DNA of 43,091 bases from an uncultured Selenomonas sp. GTDB taxonomy: Bacteria > Bacillota > Negativicutes > Selenomonadales > Selenomonadaceae. The notes below the pieces were generated by a model. It was not told where the DNA came from, made no database searches, and saw only the letters and a list, made by a program, of their open reading frames with translations. Location: the NCBI GenBank assembly GCA_963515775.1, contig CAUQAR010000001.1, forward strand, positions 1 through 43,091. Direction: 5' to 3'. Shown here piece after piece: positions 38,418 through 43,091 of the stretch. Numbering within the stretch: the first letter of the stretch is position 1; every line of letters starts with the position of its first letter. Made by a program: the position numbers and the translations under genes.

Positions 38418-39200
38418 TTGGATGGAAAGCTGAAATTATACGGGTTCAATAATCTCACGAAGGCACTGAGCTTTAATATTTACGATATCTGCTATGCGAA
38501 ATCGGCGCGTGAACAGCAGGATTACATCAAATACATTGACGAGCAGTACAACTCTGATCGTCTGACCAAAATCCTCTCTCAGGTGACCGATATGATCGGC
38601 GCGCGGATCCTCAACATTGCCAAACAAGATTATGAGCCGCAGGGTGCCAGCGTGACCATGCTGATCGCGGAGGAGGCCGCCGTTGTCTCCGGCAGCAAGA
38701 CCCCGGTCAACGCACCGGAAACGATTCTCGCGCATCTGGATAAGAGTCATGTGACCGTCCATACCTACCCGGAGTTCCATCCCGATACGAGCATCGCGAC
38801 CTTCCGGGTGGACATCGACGTTGCGACCTGCGGAGAGATCACCCCGCTCCAGACGCTGGACTATCTCATCAGTCAATTTGACTCGGATATCATTACGATG
38901 GATTACCGCGTGCGCGGATTTACGCGCGACCTACACGGCCGCAAGTTGTTCATGGACAGCAAAATGACCTCGATTCAAGAGTTCATCAAACAGGAAACCC
39001 TGGATGAATACGATGCCGTGGATATCAACCTCTATCAGGCCAGTCTCTTTCACACGCGCATGTTGATCAAGGAGCCGCAGCTACAGAACTATCTCTTCAA
39101 CACGGACGTGGATGAGATTTCGCCGAAAACACGCCTGCTCATCAGCACGAGCCTGCGGCGCGAGATGATCGAGATCTTCAGCGGACGGAACGTCTATTAG
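38418..39200 (+). CDS. speD: S-adenosylmethionine decarboxylase proenzyme (E. coli-type long form)
   Basis: [44 protein letters not shown] (pyruvoyl Ser), [16 protein letters not shown]. Probable TTG start 38418; alternative ATG 38376. Confidence 0.94.
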   Translation: MDGKLKLYGFNNLTKALSFNIYDICYAKSAREQQDYIKYIDEQYNSDRLTKILSQVTDMIGARILNIAKQDYEPQGASVTMLIAEEAAVVSGSKTPVNAPETILAHLDKSHVTVHTYPEFHPDTSIATFRVDIDVATCGEITPLQTLDYLISQFDSDIITMDYRVRGFTRDLHGRKLFMDSKMTSIQEFIKQETLDEYDAVDINLYQASLFHTRMLIKEPQLQNYLFNTDVDEISPKTRLLISTSLRREMIEIFSGRNVY

Positions 39201-39211
39201 GAGATGTTCAC

Positions 39212-39772
39212 ATGCCAATGTTTAAAAAATCCCTCCTCGTTCTGCTCATTTTGGCGACCGCCGTATTTGCCGGAACTATGTACGGATACTATTCGGAGGA
39301 GCACGCACTGACACTGGATGCCGGGACGAACATACAGGCGGACGCGCCGCGCATGGTGACCGTCTACGTCTCGGGAGAGGTGAGAAAACCGGGGCTTTTC
39401 AAACTGCGCGAGGGGCAGCGCGTCGCAGACGCCGTGAATGAAGCGGGCGGCGTCATCGAGACGGCCGATATCGACCGCGTGAACATGGCGGCGCTCCTCG
39501 AAGACGGCATGCAGATTCGCGTGCCGGAGCAGCAGGCAGCCGGCAGGAACGCCCCTGCGGCATCCGGAAAGAACGCGGAAGGGCAGATCAACATCAACAC
39601 GGCGAATGAAAAAGAATTGCAGACCCTGCCAGGCATCGGACCCGCCATGTCGGCCCGTATCATCGAGTACCGCGAAGCAAACGGGGATTTTAAAAAGATT
39701 GAAGATATCAAAAAGGTGCGCGGCATCGGCAATGCGAAGTTTGAAAAAATAAAGGATAAGGTGACCATATGA
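39212..39772 (+). CDS. comEA: Competence DNA-binding protein ComEA
   Basis: N-terminal TM, SLBB (VYVSGEVRKPG...RVADAVNEAGG), HhH (ININTANEKELQTLPGIGP, VRGIG). Confidence 0.92.
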   Translation: MPMFKKSLLVLLILATAVFAGTMYGYYSEEHALTLDAGTNIQADAPRMVTVYVSGEVRKPGLFKLREGQRVADAVNEAGGVIETADIDRVNMAALLEDGMQIRVPEQQAAGRNAPAASGKNAEGQININTANEKELQTLPGIGPAMSARIIEYREANGDFKKIEDIKKVRGIGNAKFEKIKDKVTI

Positions 39773-42195
39773 AGACCGGGCAGCGGCAGCTCTCGTTTCT
39801 CACAGTGCTCCTCATCTCTTATGGACTCGGCATTGCGTCAGCCGCATACTGCGGCATCCGGTTTTCCGCAGCGCTCCCATATTTCATCGGACTTCTGCTC
39901 CTCGGCGGCATGACTGCCGGATTCCTTGTCCTGCGAAAAAGCCCGCACACATGGGCAGCGTTCGTGGGACTTTTTTTCATCCTGGGGATGTTCCGCTTTT
40001 CCTCCGCCTATGAACTGCCCGCTTCCGACATCTCCCATGCCGCGGGTCACAGTGTGCAAGTGACCGGCATCCTTTCCGATGCGCCGCGCATCACCGCGGA
40101 CGAAAACGGCACGCAGCATATACGCTATACAGTCGAAAGCAAGACAATATCTGATGGAGAAGGCACGCGTGCCGGGAGCGGCCGTTTTTTTGTTTATACG
40201 CGCGTCCGCCCGCCCGAGGAGCCGCCGGACGTGCAGATCGGGGATGAGATCACCGCCGCGGGAAAGGTACGCCGTCCGCACGGATACCGGAACCCGGGGC
40301 AGATCGATACCGCCTTCCTCCTTCGCACACAAGGAATCACCGCCGCCCTGCACCCGGATGCCGTATCCTTTCAAGAAACGGACGAGCGGTCATGGACTCA
40401 AAACTGCATGCGTCTCTCCGCAGAGATCCGAGCGCACTATATAGAACATATGACGGAGGTCATGCCGCGTGCCGATGCCGCGGCGATCTTTGCCATGCTG
40501 TTCGGCGGATACGAGGGAATTCGCCCCGACTTACTGGATGCGTTCACGACTACGGGGATCGTCCATATTCTATCCGTGTCGGGCTCGCATATCAGCTTGA
40601 TTGCGGCCGTGACGGCATGGCTGACGATCCTGCTGCGTTTTCCCAAATGGCTACGGGCGCTGAGCGTTGTCTCCGTCATCGTCGCCTATGTCGTGCTCGC
40701 AGGGCTCGTTCCGCCTGCCGTACGCTCCGGCATCATGGGCGCGACGGCCTTTCTCGGGCTCGTGCTTGGCCGGGAACGGGATGCGCGGCGCATACTCGTT
40801 CTGACGGGCTTGATCATGCTCCTCATCGCGCCGCTGCTTCTCTTTCATATCAGCTTTCAGCTCTCGTTTCTAGCGACTGCGGGACTCCTCTTCATCGCGC
40901 CCATATTGTATCGGCGAATGAAAAAATATTCCGCCGTCCTCGCGGGCAGCCTATCCATCACCATATCGGCGCAGCTGGCGACAGTACCCGTACTCGCATG
41001 GTATTTCAATCAAGTGTCCCTCGCGTCGCTGCCGGCCAATCTGATCGTCGTTCCCCTTGTGGACATCATCATCGTCTTCGGCCTTTTCGGCGGGATTGCG
41101 GCTTGGCTGATCCCTGTGATGGGCCGACTGGTCTTTGGGGTTGACAGCCTGCTGCTCGGTATGACGTTTGAACTCACGCGTCTCATGGCAGCGCTTCCCG
41201 CGGCCAAAATTTGGCTGCCGTCCATGGGGATCGGCGGGGGCGCCGCATACTATATACTGCTCGCCACTCTGTTTTCTCCCAAAGACACACGGCAGACGAT
41301 CTTCGCGCATCTCCTGCGCCGGAGGAAAATATTGGCCGCAACCTGTATCGCAGTATTCGCCCTTGTCTTTTTCCGATGGGCCGCGCAGCCAAACGAGATG
41401 AGCGTACACTTTATTGACGTCGGGCAGGGGGACTGCGCCCTCGTCATCACGCCGCACGGTCATGCCATGCTCTTTGATACCGGCGGCACACGCGACGGCG
41501 CATTTGACATCGGCGCCCGGGTCGATGTGCCGTATCTGCTGCACTGCGGCGTGCGAGAAATCGACTATATTTTTCTCTCACACGCGCATGAGGACCATGC
41601 GGCGGGCGCGGGGGCGATCCTTGCCCGCATGCCTGTGAAGCATGTGTTTATCGCAGATGAAGGAATTGCGGCCTACGCGAGAAGCATGCGCATGAGCGAC
41701 GGAGATCCGCTGCTTTTGAAATTCAGCAAAGCGGAAGCGGGACAAGTGATATCGGTTGACGGCGTCACGGTGGACACCGTCTATGCGCCGCCCTACGATC
41801 CGGCGGACAGTGCGACAGGCAACGAGGTGTCCAACGTCTACCGTGTGCGCTACGGAGCGGCCTCTTTTCTGTTCACGGGCGATCTCGTCAAAGCGCATGA
41901 GGCAAAAATGATTGCGCGCCGGCCGGACATTCAAAGCACGGTCGTCGAAGTGCCGCATCACGGATCGGAGACATCCAGTTCGGAGGAGTTCATCGCGGCC
42001 GCGCGTCCGACCTATGCCGTATACTCCGTGGGGATGGACAACGCCTTCGGCCATCCGCGTCCGGAGGTCGTCGCGCGCTATGAGCGGACGGGAGCGAAAA
42101 CCCTCCGCACAGATCGAGACGGCGCCGTCATATTTCGTACGGACGGAACGAGGATGACAGTGGAAACCTGCGCGCAGGCGCAGATTCTGCACTAA
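39769..42195 (+). CDS. comEC: DNA uptake channel ComEC/Rec2
   Basis: GIVHILSVSGSH, FQLSFLAT, FIDVGQGD, SHAHEDH, FTGDL, PHHGS, FGHP, RTDRDGAV. Confidence 0.95.
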   Translation: MKTGQRQLSFLTVLLISYGLGIASAAYCGIRFSAALPYFIGLLLLGGMTAGFLVLRKSPHTWAAFVGLFFILGMFRFSSAYELPASDISHAAGHSVQVTGILSDAPRITADENGTQHIRYTVESKTISDGEGTRAGSGRFFVYTRVRPPEEPPDVQIGDEITAAGKVRRPHGYRNPGQIDTAFLLRTQGITAALHPDAVSFQETDERSWTQNCMRLSAEIRAHYIEHMTEVMPRADAAAIFAMLFGGYEGIRPDLLDAFTTTGIVHILSVSGSHISLIAAVTAWLTILLRFPKWLRALSVVSVIVAYVVLAGLVPPAVRSGIMGATAFLGLVLGRERDARRILVLTGLIMLLIAPLLLFHISFQLSFLATAGLLFIAPILYRRMKKYSAVLAGSLSITISAQLATVPVLAWYFNQVSLASLPANLIVVPLVDIIIVFGLFGGIAAWLIPVMGRLVFGVDSLLLGMTFELTRLMAALPAAKIWLPSMGIGGGAAYYILLATLFSPKDTRQTIFAHLLRRRKILAATCIAVFALVFFRWAAQPNEMSVHFIDVGQGDCALVITPHGHAMLFDTGGTRDGAFDIGARVDVPYLLHCGVREIDYIFLSHAHEDHAAGAGAILARMPVKHVFIADEGIAAYARSMRMSDGDPLLLKFSKAEAGQVISVDGVTVDTVYAPPYDPADSATGNEVSNVYRVRYGAASFLFTGDLVKAHEAKMIARRPDIQSTVVEVPHHGSETSSSEEFIAAARPTYAVYSVGMDNAFGHPRPEVVARYERTGAKTLRTDRDGAVIFRTDGTRMTVETCAQAQILH

Positions 42196-42263
42196 CACAT
42201 TGCGCGTGGACGCTCTTTTGTTTATAATAATGCACATGAGGAAAGATCACACGGAACGAGGAT

Positions 42264-42980
42264 ATGATGAAAAATTACGGCGTAGTCTTTGATGTTGACG
42301 ATACACTGTATGATATGTCGCTGCCTTTTGTCGGAGCATACCGGTCGATGTACGGAACGCGGTACCGCTTGCCGATGAACGATTTGTTCCTTTCCTTTCG
42401 TCGCTACAGCAACGAGCGGTTTGAAGATTCGCAGACCGGCAGGATGACCATGGAGGAGCTTTACATCTATCGTCTGCGCATGGCGTTGGGGGCGTATGGC
42501 ATTGCGGTTTCGGACGAAGAGGCGCTCACGTTTCAGCGGCTTTATATGGGATTACAGTATCAGATCAAGCTGACGGATACGATGGCGGCGCTTCTCGATG
42601 CGCTGCGAGATCAAACCGCGATCGGCATTATCACAAACGGTGCGCCCGCACACCAACGGCGCAAAATCGAATCGCTCGGCATCTTCCGTTGGATACCGCA
42701 GGAGCATATCATCGTCTCGGGCGATTATGTATTCCGCAAACCGGACGTGCGTATTTTCCGCGAAATGCAGCGGCGCCTCGACCTTTCCCCGGATCGGCTG
42801 ATCTACACCGGGGACGCCTTTGGACTGGACATCGTCGGCGCCGACGGCGCGGGGTGGCATGCGGTCTGGTTCAACCATCGGCACCGCAGCAAACCGGATG
42901 ATACGAACGTATCCCCCGAGATCGAAGTGCACAGCGAAGAGGAACTCTCGGCAGCACTCCTTGATCGCATTGCACATTAA
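42264..42980 (+). CDS. HAD-superfamily hydrolase
   Basis: FDVDDTLYD, GIITNG, KPD, YTGDAFGLDIVGA..AGW. Confidence 0.9.
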   Translation: MMKNYGVVFDVDDTLYDMSLPFVGAYRSMYGTRYRLPMNDLFLSFRRYSNERFEDSQTGRMTMEELYIYRLRMALGAYGIAVSDEEALTFQRLYMGLQYQIKLTDTMAALLDALRDQTAIGIITNGAPAHQRRKIESLGIFRWIPQEHIIVSGDYVFRKPDVRIFREMQRRLDLSPDRLIYTGDAFGLDIVGADGAGWHAVWFNHRHRSKPDDTNVSPEIEVHSEEELSAALLDRIAH

Positions 42981-42990
42981 GACAGCGAAG

Positions 42991-43036
42991 AAGGCCTTCC
43001 TCGAACGGCTAAAATCGAGGAAGACCTTATTTTTTT
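42991..43036 (+). terminator. Terminator after the HAD gene
   Basis: AAGGCCTTCCTCGA / TCGAGGAAGACCTT followed by ATTTTTTT. Confidence 0.75.
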
Positions 43037-43038
43037 CT

Positions 43039-43091
43039 TAAGGAAACACTGATAAATTCTTATGTTGCGCAACTCTGCCTCGAAAGATTAC
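43039..43091. mobile_element. Possible left end of an IS/MITE running off the window
   Basis: TAAGGAAACACTGATAAATTC directly after a terminator looks like an IS5-group/MITE terminal repeat; the partner end is not in the window. Confidence 0.3.

Overview
A GC-rich bacterial chromosomal segment, most consistent with a Selenomonas-like Negativicute (inferred from gene content and protein style, not from a search). The backbone is housekeeping: 3' end of topA, trmFO, hslVU, a Nik/Opp-type ABC importer, serA, htpX, galE, deoD, large fused purL, an MFS exporter with a divergent MocR/GabR regulator, a troABCD-troR metal uptake operon, nadE, ybaK, thrC, pckA, recG, rarA, speD, comEA-comEC and a HAD hydrolase. 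Small accessory patches sit between these genes. (i) A RelB/DinJ-YoeB toxin-antitoxin pair lies exactly between two copies of a 47-bp terminator-like hairpin whose loops are near reverse complements. (ii) A decaying patch after purL, punctuated by three related hairpins, holds a HigB-like toxin with an HTH-less antitoxin, a macrodomain gene with a mutated start codon and a relic peptide/membrane protein/HlyB-like exporter locus. (iii) An IS30 remnant and an orphan Rpn-like C-terminal-domain gene. Other oddities: a strongly SD-led 10-codon ORF overlapping an in-frame start of speD, a TroR lacking canonical metal ligands and a NadE with an apparently dead glutaminase domain. No CRISPR array, rRNA, tRNA or integrase was seen. 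All family calls are from motif recognition by eye; no database searches were run.
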